64,000 nucleotides of DNA from an uncultured Gammaproteobacteria bacterium (GTDB lineage: Bacteria > Patescibacteriota > Patescibacteriia > Magasanikbacterales > UBA922), in contig CAZFUL010000001.1 in assembly GCA_964522435.1 (NCBI GenBank), positions 117,075 to 181,074 on the forward strand. Reading direction: 5' to 3'. The notes under the pieces were generated by a model that did not search any database, was not told where the DNA came from, and was given only the letters and a program-made list of their open reading frames with translations. The translations under genes were made by a program, and so were the position numbers. This document shows, piece after piece, positions 31,703 through 41,334 of this stretch (positions are counted from its first letter, which is position 1; the number at the start of each line of letters is the position of its first letter).

Positions 31703-31785
31703 TTATTTATACACAAGACAAGGTTTGACAAACATCTATTTAGGGCGTAGGGTAGAAACATCGTATGAAAAGATACTCAGTAAAT

Positions 31786-31876
31786 AATCATCGTCGTTAC
31801 AGCGACCTCGGATAACTTCCGCTAGGAATTGTTATCATTGAGGTCGCAGCAATCCCGCTATAATCGGGATTTTTTA
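31786..31876 (+). ncRNA. Candidate small structured RNA, unit 1 of a tandem paralogous pair (conserved 5' box, long hairpin, intrinsic terminator)
   Basis: aatcatcgtcgt box, then hairpin gacctcggataac...gttatcattgaggtc, then atcccg-ctataa-tcgggat plus T6. Confidence 0.4.
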
Positions 31877-31916
31877 TTTATTTATGAATAAGTGATATAT
31901 GAATTGTTTTGTGTGT

Positions 31917-32010
31917 AATCATCGTCGTCGCGTGGACCTCCGATAACATTCGTTAGGTATTGTTATCGTTGAGGTCCGCTATATCGCCACATTGGGCGAT
32001 ATTTTTTTTC
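31917..32010 (+). ncRNA. Candidate small structured RNA, unit 2 (structure conserved with sequence changes)
   Basis: aatcatcgtcgt box, then hairpin ggacctccgataac...gttatcgttgaggtcc, then atatcgcc-cacatt-gggcgatat plus T8. Confidence 0.4.
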
Positions 32011-32134
32011 CGTACATTATGGGAAGAGAAGGACAGACGATAGCAATATCTGATAGTAGCCTCTTCTCATAATCAGTAGCAATGCTGTTGCTGAACGTGG
32101 GAAGAGTAACGCTGTTGTATAGGAGGACGTTGTC

Positions 32135-32950
32135 ATGGCACCATACTTTTCTTGGCTGGTAGCGTCTGGAGTTATTGAACGAACAATGCCCGATGGAGGG
32201 GTGGTTCATGTTTCCACCTTGCCTGACGCAGCGGTGGCAGCTGCGGGCTGGTGGGGGACGGAAAATCTGCGTCCCGAGTATTGCTTGAGCGGCGGCTGCT
32301 TGTTTGATGCGCGTTGGCAGCTGCAGTTTCCTGCACAAAACAAAGGACACCAAGGCGCTGTTCGTACCTTGTCCTTGCCGCGTGAGCGCGATGATGCGTA
32401 TGCGCGTTTGAAGAAAGGACAAACGCCACTTGCCCTGCACCTGCCGAAAGGGCCTGGCGTGTATCAGCAGACGCTCATTCGCTGGCAAGCAGCGGTGTTT
32501 CGTCGCTTGCAGCCCACACAGATTCTGTACCATCTTCCGACCGATGAATATCGTGTCTACATTCAAGAGATGGAACAACATCTGGGCTATGCCGTTCCTG
32601 CTGCCTACACACAGCTTGACCAGCTCGCTGTCTCTATTCGTGCGCTTATGGTGCGGGAGTTTGGGGCTGCTCTCATGGCACGTGTTCGCTTCGTGCGTCC
32701 TATGCACACGCATGGAGTGAAAGATACGACACAGTCCTACCTGCATCCCTACTTGTTTCCGGAGTTGTATGGGATCACTCCTGCCAATACCGTTGGTGTG
32801 GAAGATCTTGTTGAACTCCGTCTTGCCTACGAAGCATGGCGCATGCGCGGACACCAGATTTCGGTGTACGCAGCTGCCCTTGCCCTGCCTCCTCCCTACG
32901 CAGATAAAACGCTGCGGCCTGGGGAATTCACGACCGTTGAGCTGATGTGA
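32135..32950 (+). CDS. Hypothetical protein (271 aa) in GC-rich islet D, strong SD
   Basis: taggagga lies 8 nt upstream of the ATG. GC is well above the flanks. The antisense ORF 31979-32854 is judged a shadow. Confidence 0.5.
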   Translation: MAPYFSWLVASGVIERTMPDGGVVHVSTLPDAAVAAAGWWGTENLRPEYCLSGGCLFDARWQLQFPAQNKGHQGAVRTLSLPRERDDAYARLKKGQTPLALHLPKGPGVYQQTLIRWQAAVFRRLQPTQILYHLPTDEYRVYIQEMEQHLGYAVPAAYTQLDQLAVSIRALMVREFGAALMARVRFVRPMHTHGVKDTTQSYLHPYLFPELYGITPANTVGVEDLVELRLAYEAWRMRGHQISVYAAALALPPPYADKTLRPGEFTTVELM

Positions 32951-33011
32951 TATACACCTCAGCTCCGGTCACCATCCCATAAATAGTTATTTTTTATTAT
33001 ACTATATCCAT

Positions 33012-34004
33012 ATGTTCTATCTCTCAAAAAAAAATCTTAATGCATTACGCATCGGGAGTTTATGTTGTGCGACGGGTGGTGGTTTATCGTATCGTGATCA
33101 TGGAAAAGCCTTTGATGCTGCGTTATCAAAAAAATCAAAGATTCTCTGTAAAGAAATAGCCGAATTTCACGCAACTGACTATCTTGCGTCTATCTATGGT
33201 GTTGGAGATCCATCACAAGTAAAAGGAGATTTTGTTTCTGTGATTAAGACAGGAGTAAAAAAGTATACACAACTCACTGGGATTACACCGAAAGGAATTA
33301 TTCCTGGAGAAATTGGTGCGGAAGGCTTAGCATTTCAGGCTGCTAGCTATCTTAATTTGCCAGTCGTTGATTCTGATTTAGTTGGTGGAAGGGCTGCTCC
33401 AGAAATTCAAATGGATGTATTTTCTGTGTACGATCTTCCACTTACTCCATTATTAGCGGTGAGTATGAATGGAAAAGAGTTATTTCTCAACGGTGCATTT
33501 GGCGCAAAAGAAATTGAAGGATTGATTCGTTTATTTTTTAAAAATAATGGCAGTAATGGATTACTTATTGGTTATCCTATACAAGCCAAACAGTATCAAC
33601 AATATGGAATGAGTGGAACGATTTCTCGGGCAATTGCTATTGGCGACTGTTTGTTAAAAAAGGATTTGCCGGGAGTATTAGAACATACTCAAGGAAAGAT
33701 TCTTGGTGAAGAAACAATAGACGCCGTCTCGCTCTCTAGTCAGGACGGATTTTTGCAAGGATGGCTTTCTCTTGGTGATATGAGTGTCTTGGTAAAAAAT
33801 GAATATATTCTGGTAAAGAAAAAAAATAAGATGCTTTGCCAGGCACCAGAGAATATTATGCTACTTGATAAAGACTTGTTTCCGATTCACAGCACACAGG
33901 TACAACAATATGCAGGAAAAAAAGTATCTGTGTTCGTTATTCCTGGACAAGGATATTGGAAAGTACAACGAGCAAAAAAATTATGGGATTCAGCAAAAAA
34001 ATAA
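33012..34004 (+). CDS. DUF917-family protein (hydantoinase-like fold)
   Basis: Glycine-rich ATGGGLSY plus overall family resemblance. Moderate confidence. Confidence 0.55.
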   Translation: MFYLSKKNLNALRIGSLCCATGGGLSYRDHGKAFDAALSKKSKILCKEIAEFHATDYLASIYGVGDPSQVKGDFVSVIKTGVKKYTQLTGITPKGIIPGEIGAEGLAFQAASYLNLPVVDSDLVGGRAAPEIQMDVFSVYDLPLTPLLAVSMNGKELFLNGAFGAKEIEGLIRLFFKNNGSNGLLIGYPIQAKQYQQYGMSGTISRAIAIGDCLLKKDLPGVLEHTQGKILGEETIDAVSLSSQDGFLQGWLSLGDMSVLVKNEYILVKKKNKMLCQAPENIMLLDKDLFPIHSTQVQQYAGKKVSVFVIPGQGYWKVQRAKKLWDSAKK

Positions 34005-34221
34005 CGTAGGTAGCCAAATATTTGTCGAAATGAACAAGCCCACTGCATTCTTCCCGTAGAATGAGTGGGCTTTTTTGTTTTTGGAAAGGTTATCCACAAA
34101 GTGGAGAACAACTACTTGCTCGGGGAAGATAAGTGGTATAAAATGGATATATGTGGGGAGAAGTGGGGAAAAAATAAGTAACGTGCTTGTCTACTTAACC
34201 CCCAATCTTGTTCAAACCACT

Positions 34222-34653
34222 ATGTTTATCGGTGAGTACAGCCACAATTTAGATGATAAAGGCCGTTTAGCTGTCCCAAAAAAATTTCGTACCAAATTAG
34301 CAAAAGGTGCGGTAATTACCCGGGGGCTCGATGACTGTCTTTTTCTCTACACCAAAGAAGAGTGGAAAGTGTTGGCAGAAAAATTAGCCAATCTTCCTTT
34401 TTCGCAGGCAAATGCCCGCGCCTTTGCGCGTCTTATGCTTGCTGGTGCTATGGATGTCGTGCTTGATAAACAAGGGAGAATTGTTATCCCTGATTATTTA
34501 CGCACCTACGCTGATTTGACAAAAGAAATTATCGTGGCAGGTTTGTACAACCGCCTCGAAGTGTGGAATCAGCAAAAATGGCGTGAATACACCACAAAAA
34601 GTGAAGCAAATAAAAATGATATTGCAGAACAACTTGGGGCACTTGGCATTTAA
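34222..34653 (+). CDS. mraZ: Transcriptional regulator MraZ
   Basis: MFIGEYSHNLDDKGRLAVPKKFR and a second DxxGR repeat (LDKQGRIVIP). Start at ATG 34222. Confidence 0.85.
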   Translation: MFIGEYSHNLDDKGRLAVPKKFRTKLAKGAVITRGLDDCLFLYTKEEWKVLAEKLANLPFSQANARAFARLMLAGAMDVVLDKQGRIVIPDYLRTYADLTKEIIVAGLYNRLEVWNQQKWREYTTKSEANKNDIAEQLGALGI

Positions 34654-34677
34654 TTCGCACTGATTATCCTCTTTGCT

Positions 34678-35577
34678 ATGAGACATACCCCGGTTCTTCT
34701 TCAAGAAACCTTAGACGCGCTTCATCTTTCTGTAGGAAATATTGTTGTTGATTGTACGCTCGGAGACGCAGGACATACGGAAAAAATAGTGGAACAACTT
34801 GGCCCCGAAGGAAAAGTCCTTGGGATTGATGTTGATCCAGAAGCAATACTTCGGGCAAAACATTTTTTGCATGAGTACGGCGACCGAGTGATTTTTATAC
34901 GAAAGAGCTTTTCGCATTTGAGCGAGATTTTGAAAGAACAGAACATTGCTGGGGTGCATGCCATTTTGATGGATTTAGGCTGGTCAACACCGCAATTTGA
35001 AGAACGAGGACGAGGCTTTAGTTTTTTGAAACCAGAAGAACCCCTTGATATGCGGTTGTCCGCAGATACCGGAATAACGGCGGCGGAACTCTTGGCCACG
35101 GTATCAGAAGAACAACTTGCCTATGTATTGCGAGTCTATGGAGAAGAACCATTAGCCAAAGAAATTGCTGGGGTGGTTATACAAAAACGACAGGATGGTC
35201 CAATAGAGAAGGTAGCCGATTTTGTAGAATGTGTGTTACTTGCCTATAGAAAAAAGCTTAAAACAGATAAAGAAGTCCCGTGGATTGGGGGATTACATCC
35301 GGCAACCAAATCATTTCAGGCACTGCGGATTGCGGTAAATAATGAACTTGATGTATTAGAAGAAAGTCTTCCGCAAGCCATTGATGCCTTACTGCCTGGT
35401 GGAAGATTGGCCGTGATTTCCTTTCATTCACTGGAAGATCGGGTAGTAAAACATTTTTTTAAATCACAAAAAAACATTCGCTTTATTCATAAAAAACCTC
35501 TTGTGTGTGGAGATGAAGAATATCGTTCAAATCCACGGGCGCGTTCTGCAAAATTACGCGTCGTAGAAAAAATATGA
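34678..35577 (+). CDS. rsmH: 16S rRNA (cytosine1402-N4)-methyltransferase RsmH (MraW)
   Basis: HTPVLLQE...VDCTLGDAGH N-terminus. About 300 aa. Follows mraZ. Confidence 0.9.
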   Translation: MRHTPVLLQETLDALHLSVGNIVVDCTLGDAGHTEKIVEQLGPEGKVLGIDVDPEAILRAKHFLHEYGDRVIFIRKSFSHLSEILKEQNIAGVHAILMDLGWSTPQFEERGRGFSFLKPEEPLDMRLSADTGITAAELLATVSEEQLAYVLRVYGEEPLAKEIAGVVIQKRQDGPIEKVADFVECVLLAYRKKLKTDKEVPWIGGLHPATKSFQALRIAVNNELDVLEESLPQAIDALLPGGRLAVISFHSLEDRVVKHFFKSQKNIRFIHKKPLVCGDEEYRSNPRARSAKLRVVEKI

Positions 35578-35912
35578 TCAGACACAATAAACAAACCATT
35601 CGTGAAAAAAGAAATGCGGTAAAGCAGCTATTTATTAGTACTGGATTTCGGGTTGGATTACTGGTGTGTGCGGTGGTGTTATTGGTGTTAGATGTGGTGC
35701 AGGTAAGTGCCATTTCTACGAAAGGCTATGACATTAGTGATTATCAACGACAGATACAAGAATTAGAACGAGAACATGAACGCATTCAACTAGAAATTGC
35801 CAAACATCGCTCTATGAAAAGTATTGAAGAGCGAATAAAAAGATTGCAGTTAGTAGATGCAGAACAGCCACAGTTTACTCGGCTCACGGACACTGCGGTC
35901 GCACGTCGATAA
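35574..35912 (+). CDS. ftsL: Cell division protein FtsL-like (single TM plus coiled coil)
   Basis: Position after rsmH. One TM (VGLLVCAVVLLVL) and a coiled-coil tail. Confidence 0.55.
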   Translation: MIRHNKQTIREKRNAVKQLFISTGFRVGLLVCAVVLLVLDVVQVSAISTKGYDISDYQRQIQELEREHERIQLEIAKHRSMKSIEERIKRLQLVDAEQPQFTRLTDTAVARR

Positions 35913-35986
35913 GAAAAAAAGAATCTCCTGTTATTGGGAGATTTTTTGTTTTATGGTACACTACGAGAAGTGTTATATAAAACAGG

Positions 35987-36361
35987 TTGTATCATATGTT
36001 TCTTCTCATTGCCCAACGCATTCTTCTCGATATTGTTTGGGATATTGTGTATTTTCCTATCTGGTGGTATAGCGCCGGGGCTAAAAAAATATTGCTCGGC
36101 TGCTTTCGCATGATTGCCGAGTATAATAGAAGTCTTGCCCCAGGATTGTGGTTGAAAAACATCTTTGTTCCCATGTACGGTCAATATGATTGGCAGGGGA
36201 GATTGATGAGTTTTTTTATGCGTCTCGTGAATATTATTGGACGCAGTATTGCGTTACTTATTTGTACGAGTATTATCCTCGCATTATTTTTTGTGTGGCT
36301 CGCCTTTCCACTTATCTTATCGTATGTTCTTGTTTCGTCATTGTTGATTCTATTTGTGTAA
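35987..36361 (+). CDS. Small hypothetical membrane protein
   Basis: ATG ORF with 3 hydrophobic segments. Confidence 0.4.
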   Translation: MYHMFLLIAQRILLDIVWDIVYFPIWWYSAGAKKILLGCFRMIAEYNRSLAPGLWLKNIFVPMYGQYDWQGRLMSFFMRLVNIIGRSIALLICTSIILALFFVWLAFPLILSYVLVSSLLILFV

Positions 36362-39035
36362 TATGGGGGCATCATTATTTGATACAATTAAACCATTTTC
36401 ATTGACCACTGATCCCACAAGTAAAGGGAAAAAGAACCCCAGGATAGGACATGTGTTGCGGGATACCTTTTATTATATTGCAGACCCCTTAAGCGTCTAT
36501 CGTATTCGGTTAGCACAAGCCAGAAAGTATGTACGCATATTTCAGATTGCCGGTGCTTGTTTGTTTGCGGGCATGTTTTTGTTGTTTGCGGTGATGAATA
36601 TTCTTTCTGTCGATATAGACGATCTATTGCGTTCTGCGTTTTGGCAACAATCAGGCAATAGTGTGCCTTTGTATATTTGTCTAAGTTTGTTATTTGCGGC
36701 CTTTGCGTTATATAAACGCATGCGTCCGGTATATACCTCTGCCTTGGTTGAAAGTAAGAGCTATACCCAAACAAAAAAACATAAGTCCACTGCGTTAAGA
36801 ATAGATGTTTGGCAAACCCTCGATGAAGAATCAAAACAGCATATTGAACGCGGGTTTTTATTGCTTCGTAAACAAGGCAAAGCACATATGAGTGCGGTTG
36901 ATGTTCTTTCTGCTTTACTTACTGTTCCTCGCATCAGTACCTTATTTGTTCGCTTAGGGGTGAGTGTGAGCATGATACAAGCAAAATTAGCGCCGCTAGT
37001 ATCTGTTGAACAAGCAAAAGAAGATGATTTGTATCAAATTACCTTTCATGCCTATGAACAAGCGCGAGCATCTCGTTTGCAGTATGTTGGCGCATCTGAA
37101 TTTGTGTTGGCGGCTATTTTGCATTCAGAACATATACAAGAAGTATTATATGATTTGAATATTGATAAAGAAAAATTGTTGCATGTGATTGGTTGGGTAC
37201 GATTAAAAGAACGGCTTCGTCAACAATACACTACCTTTCGTAAAGCAGCGGCGACACGCAATAAATATGGTTTAGATAGAGCCATGACCGCTGTCGCAAC
37301 ACCATATTTAAATAGTTTTAGTCAGGATCTTACGATGGCTGCGGTCTTAGGTCATTTGGAACCTTGCGTCTCACGAGAAAAAGAATTGGAAGAAATCTGT
37401 CGTATTGTTGAAAGTGGCCGACAGAGTATTTTATTAGTTGGGGATCATGGAGTAGGAAAATTAAGTATTATTCAAGGACTGGTGGAGCGCATGATTGAAG
37501 ATGATGTGCCTGATCGGATTAAAGATAAACGCTTGGTGCAATTATCTACCTCTGCCTTATTAGCAGGAACAACGGTGAGTGGGGCGCAAGAACGCTTATT
37601 ACATATTGTGAATGAAATACGTCGTGCAGGGAACATTATTTTATTTATCAACAACATTCATGATCTCCTCGCAACAAGTGGCGCCAGTGAAGGCTTAGAT
37701 GTCTCAGAAACCTTGGCAGATGTTATTGGTTCTGGCGACGTACTCGTTATTGCCACCACGACGCCAGAAGGGTATAGTCATGCAATTATGCATTCAGAAA
37801 TTGGGAATGTCATGGTACAGGTGCATATAGAAGAAATGAACGAAGGGCAAACGATTGATGTGTTACAAGCAAAAGCAGGGTTATTTGAATATAAACAAAA
37901 AGTATTTTATTTTTATGATGCCCTTGCGACGGCGGCATCCTTGGCAGGCCGTTTTTTGCATGAACAACGCTTACCAGAAAGTGCTATTGAGCTTATGAGT
38001 GAAGCCGCGAGTTATGTTCATAGCCAACAAGGGGATAATGCTTTTGTGACAAAAAATGACGTTGCGCATATTATTTCGCAAAAAACAGGTATTTTGGCAA
38101 CGAGTATTACAGAAAATGAATCTGCAAAATTACTGCGGTTAGAAGAGGCCATGCATGAACGGGTCATTGGCCAACATGAAGCGGTGGTTGTTGTGGCAAA
38201 TGCCTTGCGTCGCGCGCGGGCAGAAGTTCGCTCAACAAAGCGGCCTATTGCAAACTTTTTATTTTTAGGGTCAACTGGTGTAGGTAAAACTGAATTAGCC
38301 AAAACAATTGCAGAAGTATATTTTGGGGGAGAGCAACGCATGATTCGGGTGGATATGAGTGAATATCAAGAAAGCAGTAGTATGTATCGCTTAATTGGTC
38401 AGCCTGGGCAACAGGGGACAGGATTGTTAACGGAAGCCGTACGCCAACAACCATTTTCATTGGTCCTGTTAGATGAAATGGAAAAAGCGGATCCAAAAAT
38501 ACTCGATTTATTTTTGCAAGTATTTGACGATGGTCGTTTAACTGATAGTATGGGACGAGTGATTGATTTTACGAATAGTATTATTATTGCTACCTCAAAC
38601 GCTGGAACGAGTTTTGTGCAAGATGCGATCCGACAAGGTATGAGTGTGGCACAGATGCAAGAGCAACTATTGCGAAGCGAATTAAAAAAATATTTTCGTC
38701 CTGAATTTTTAAACCGCTTTGATAGTATTGTTGTCTTTCATCCTTTGGAAAAAGACGATATTAAAAAAATTGCGCGACTTATGCTTAACCGTGTGGCGAA
38801 AGATTTGGAACAAAAAGGAGTTATGTTCCAAGTAACGGACCCTGGCTTAGATGCCTTGGCTGCTGTTGGCTATGATCCAGAATTTGGTGCACGCCCCATG
38901 CGACGAGCGATTCAAGAGTTGGTTGAAAATAAATTGGCTGATTTGCTATTATCTGGAAAAGTGCAGCGTCGGGATGTGATTATTTTTGAAGGAGAAAACA
39001 ATTTACGCGTAGAAAGGGGAGTAGGAATTAGATAA
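36354..39035 (+). CDS. ClpC/ClpB-like AAA+ ATPase with N-terminal membrane anchor. First AAA module has a degenerate Walker A
   Basis: D2 has the canonical GSTGVGKTELAKTIA and a sensor region. D1 reads GDHGVGKLS instead of GxPGVGKT. N-terminal about 150 aa has 2-3 TM segments. Confidence 0.8.
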   Translation: MCNMGASLFDTIKPFSLTTDPTSKGKKNPRIGHVLRDTFYYIADPLSVYRIRLAQARKYVRIFQIAGACLFAGMFLLFAVMNILSVDIDDLLRSAFWQQSGNSVPLYICLSLLFAAFALYKRMRPVYTSALVESKSYTQTKKHKSTALRIDVWQTLDEESKQHIERGFLLLRKQGKAHMSAVDVLSALLTVPRISTLFVRLGVSVSMIQAKLAPLVSVEQAKEDDLYQITFHAYEQARASRLQYVGASEFVLAAILHSEHIQEVLYDLNIDKEKLLHVIGWVRLKERLRQQYTTFRKAAATRNKYGLDRAMTAVATPYLNSFSQDLTMAAVLGHLEPCVSREKELEEICRIVESGRQSILLVGDHGVGKLSIIQGLVERMIEDDVPDRIKDKRLVQLSTSALLAGTTVSGAQERLLHIVNEIRRAGNIILFINNIHDLLATSGASEGLDVSETLADVIGSGDVLVIATTTPEGYSHAIMHSEIGNVMVQVHIEEMNEGQTIDVLQAKAGLFEYKQKVFYFYDALATAASLAGRFLHEQRLPESAIELMSEAASYVHSQQGDNAFVTKNDVAHIISQKTGILATSITENESAKLLRLEEAMHERVIGQHEAVVVVANALRRARAEVRSTKRPIANFLFLGSTGVGKTELAKTIAEVYFGGEQRMIRVDMSEYQESSSMYRLIGQPGQQGTGLLTEAVRQQPFSLVLLDEMEKADPKILDLFLQVFDDGRLTDSMGRVIDFTNSIIIATSNAGTSFVQDAIRQGMSVAQMQEQLLRSELKKYFRPEFLNRFDSIVVFHPLEKDDIKKIARLMLNRVAKDLEQKGVMFQVTDPGLDALAAVGYDPEFGARPMRRAIQELVENKLADLLLSGKVQRRDVIIFEGENNLRVERGVGIR

Positions 39036-39064
39036 TCGTGATATGACGTCTGACCAGTGAGCCT

Positions 39065-40120
39065 ATGCTGTGGTTTTACTTTATTACAACCATATTGATC
39101 AGTTTTTTTCTCACCCCGCTCGTGATTTTTATTATGAGACGAACGGGTATTATTGACCGTGCAAAAAAAGAGAAAAGAAAAATTCACAAAAAGCATATTC
39201 CCCTTGGGGGAGGCATTGTTATTTTTGTCTCCTTTTTTGTTGCCCTTGCCTTGGCTGTGTTTGCCTTTGGTGATGTCGGCACAGATATTAGTAAAAAAAC
39301 CTTACTTGGTGTTGCGCTCGGCGGATTAGTTATTATTATTGGCGGGCTTCTGGATGATGCGTACACCTTACGACCAAGATATCAAATTATTTTTCCTGTA
39401 CTGGCCAGTAGTATTGCGATTCTTTCTGGTATTGGCATAGAAAGCATCTCGCACCCCACTGGGGGAATCATCCACTTAACCGGGATTACTATTTCCGTAA
39501 GTGGCCTAGGAAAATTTTTAGTCTTGGCTGATTTACTCGTCTTTTTTTGGCTTATGGGCTTAATGATGAGTACCAAATTTTTAGATGGGTTAGACGGCCT
39601 TGTTTCTGGTATTGCGGCCATTGGCGGCATTGTTATCTTTTTTGTCAGCAGGCAAGCACAATGGTTTCAACCAGAAGTGGGGTTAGTTTCCTTGCTATTT
39701 GCGGCGGCCTGTATTGGCTTTCTTGTATGGAATTTTCATCCAGCAAAAATATTTTTAGGAGAAGGAGGCAGTGTGTTTACTGGCTATATGCTTGGGGTGC
39801 TTGCGCTTATTTCGGGCAGTAAAATAGCCACCACCTTATTAGTGATGGGATTTCCTATGTTAGATCTCTGTCGCGTGATTATCATGCGGTTACTCAAAAA
39901 AAGACCCGTTTTTGTTGGAGATCAAGAGCATTTGCATTTTCGTTTGATTCATTCTGGCTTAAGTCAACGGCAAGCAGTCCTTTTGTTATATAGTATTTCA
40001 TTACTCTTTGGTCTGAGTGTCTTATTTTTGCAGCAGCATCAACAAGTGGTTGCCTTGGGGCTGTTGGGAGTTACCATGCTGTTGCTGTCATTGTTTTTAG
40101 TCAAAAATCAACCATCATAG
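39065..40120 (+). CDS. Glycosyltransferase family 4, polyprenyl-phosphate sugar-1-phosphate transferase (MraY/WecA type)
   Basis: LDDAYTL and DGLDGL motifs. About 10 TM. Cell-division gene neighbourhood. Confidence 0.75.
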   Translation: MLWFYFITTILISFFLTPLVIFIMRRTGIIDRAKKEKRKIHKKHIPLGGGIVIFVSFFVALALAVFAFGDVGTDISKKTLLGVALGGLVIIIGGLLDDAYTLRPRYQIIFPVLASSIAILSGIGIESISHPTGGIIHLTGITISVSGLGKFLVLADLLVFFWLMGLMMSTKFLDGLDGLVSGIAAIGGIVIFFVSRQAQWFQPEVGLVSLLFAAACIGFLVWNFHPAKIFLGEGGSVFTGYMLGVLALISGSKIATTLLVMGFPMLDLCRVIIMRLLKKRPVFVGDQEHLHFRLIHSGLSQRQAVLLLYSISLLFGLSVLFLQQHQQVVALGLLGVTMLLLSLFLVKNQPS

Positions 40121-40124
40121 GCCT

Positions 40125-40607
40125 ATGTTTGTTGGAAAAAAAGAAGGATCAAAAAAAGGACATATCCTATTTGGCGTAGTGTTTATTATTGGCTTATTAT
40201 TGAGTGTTTGGTGGCAACACACGTGGCCAGAAGAGCGTATTATCGTCGCCCAACAAGAACTTACCCTGTTGGTTGCGAAAACCCCTTGGCATTGGCAACG
40301 GGGCTTAGGAAAGCGAGAAAGTCTTCCGGATGGAATAGACGGGATGTTGTTTGTCTTTCCTTTTTCGGATAGACATGGCTTTGTGATGAGAAATATGGAG
40401 TTTCCTCTAGATATTCTCTGGATTGATAATAGTATTATTGTCGATATTGCCCCATCTGTTCCCACAGAGCCAGGGATAGCCGAAGAGCGCTTAACCGTGT
40501 ATCGCCCTCGTCAGGAGGCACAATTAGTTATCGAACTGCCTGCTGGCTGGGTAGAAAAGCATGGGGTAGCCATTGGGGATAGGATAGCGCTTCCTCCACG
40601 TCCCTGA
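40125..40607 (+). CDS. DUF192-family protein
   Basis: MLFVFPF...FVMRNMEFPLDILWID motif pattern. Confidence 0.65.
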   Translation: MFVGKKEGSKKGHILFGVVFIIGLLLSVWWQHTWPEERIIVAQQELTLLVAKTPWHWQRGLGKRESLPDGIDGMLFVFPFSDRHGFVMRNMEFPLDILWIDNSIIVDIAPSVPTEPGIAEERLTVYRPRQEAQLVIELPAGWVEKHGVAIGDRIALPPRP

Positions 40608-40671
40608 TATTGACATTTTTTTCAGGGTGGTCTATACTAAGCCCACGTTATTATATAACAAGTCATATTCT

Positions 40672-40983
40672 ATGTTTGCCGTTATTGAAAGTGGTTCAAA
40701 ACAATACTTAGTTCAAACCGGTGCTCTTCTAAAAATTGAAAAATTAGACGGAGATGTTGGTGCTGAAGTCGTGTTTGATAAAGTGTTACTTCTTGCAAAA
40801 GATGATGGAAGTGATGTTCAAATCGGCACACCCTATCTTGATGGTGTGAGCATTGCTGCAACCGTAGAAGAACAGTCAAGATCAAAAAAGATTCGTGTAG
40901 TCAAATTTAAACGAAAAGTACGCTACAAACGTGTCCATGGACACCGCCAAGCCGTGAGTAAAGTAAGTATCAAAAAAGTATAA
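40672..40983 (+). CDS. rplU: 50S ribosomal protein L21
   Basis: MFAVIESGSKQY N-terminus. 104 aa. Start ATG at 40672. Confidence 0.9.
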   Translation: MFAVIESGSKQYLVQTGALLKIEKLDGDVGAEVVFDKVLLLAKDDGSDVQIGTPYLDGVSIAATVEEQSRSKKIRVVKFKRKVRYKRVHGHRQAVSKVSIKKV

Positions 40984-40987
40984 CGAA

Positions 40988-41024
40988 AAAACCCCCGACT
41001 CAATCGGGGTTTTTTATTTTTCTA
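40988..41024 (+). terminator. Rho-independent terminator after rplU
   Basis: cccccgactcaatcgggg plus T-run. Confidence 0.65.
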
Positions 41025-41039
41025 TATGGTGCTATGATA

Positions 41040-41330
41040 CGGGCAACGTCTGGTGCGGGTGAAGAAACACCCGATTGGATGCGGTTATTGTTTCTTGTTC
41101 CTAACGCTCAAGAAACAATAGGAGAGTCCTTTGACTCTTGAGAGGGGGGGGTAACCTCACTCTCCCGAGTATCAGTGCGCTGCACTGGATCAGACGCCAG
41201 GGGGCTGAATCATAAACAGAGAAACGTTTTTTCCTCACTTCACACGCACAAAACGTACACCCTGCGGGGAATACTGCATGAAGTCAGAAGGAATAACGAT
41301 TCACTGGAGTGGTTCAGCTCCCGCTCCAAT
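41040..41330. other. GC-rich non-coding structured region (islet E) between convergent rplU and recR: candidate ncRNA
   Basis: No convincing ORF. Several stable hairpins (aagaaaca...tgtttctt; ctcaaga...gagtc-cttt-gactc...tgag; cagtgc-gct-gcactg). GC is well above the flanks. Confidence 0.3.
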
Positions 41331-41334
41331 TCCC

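Noticed and set aside
31979-32854. 291-aa minus-strand ORF antisense to the islet D gene
   Set aside because: Shadow ORF in GC-rich DNA. No RBS. The sense ORF has a perfect SD.
41040-41330. tmRNA / RNase P RNA / SRP RNA identity for islet E
   Set aside because: I could not find the tmRNA tRNA-like TTCGA-containing 3' end, the RNase P P4 strands (AGGAAAGTCCGGGC / ACAGAA..GGCTTA) or the SRP domain IV motif. Left as an unassigned structured region.
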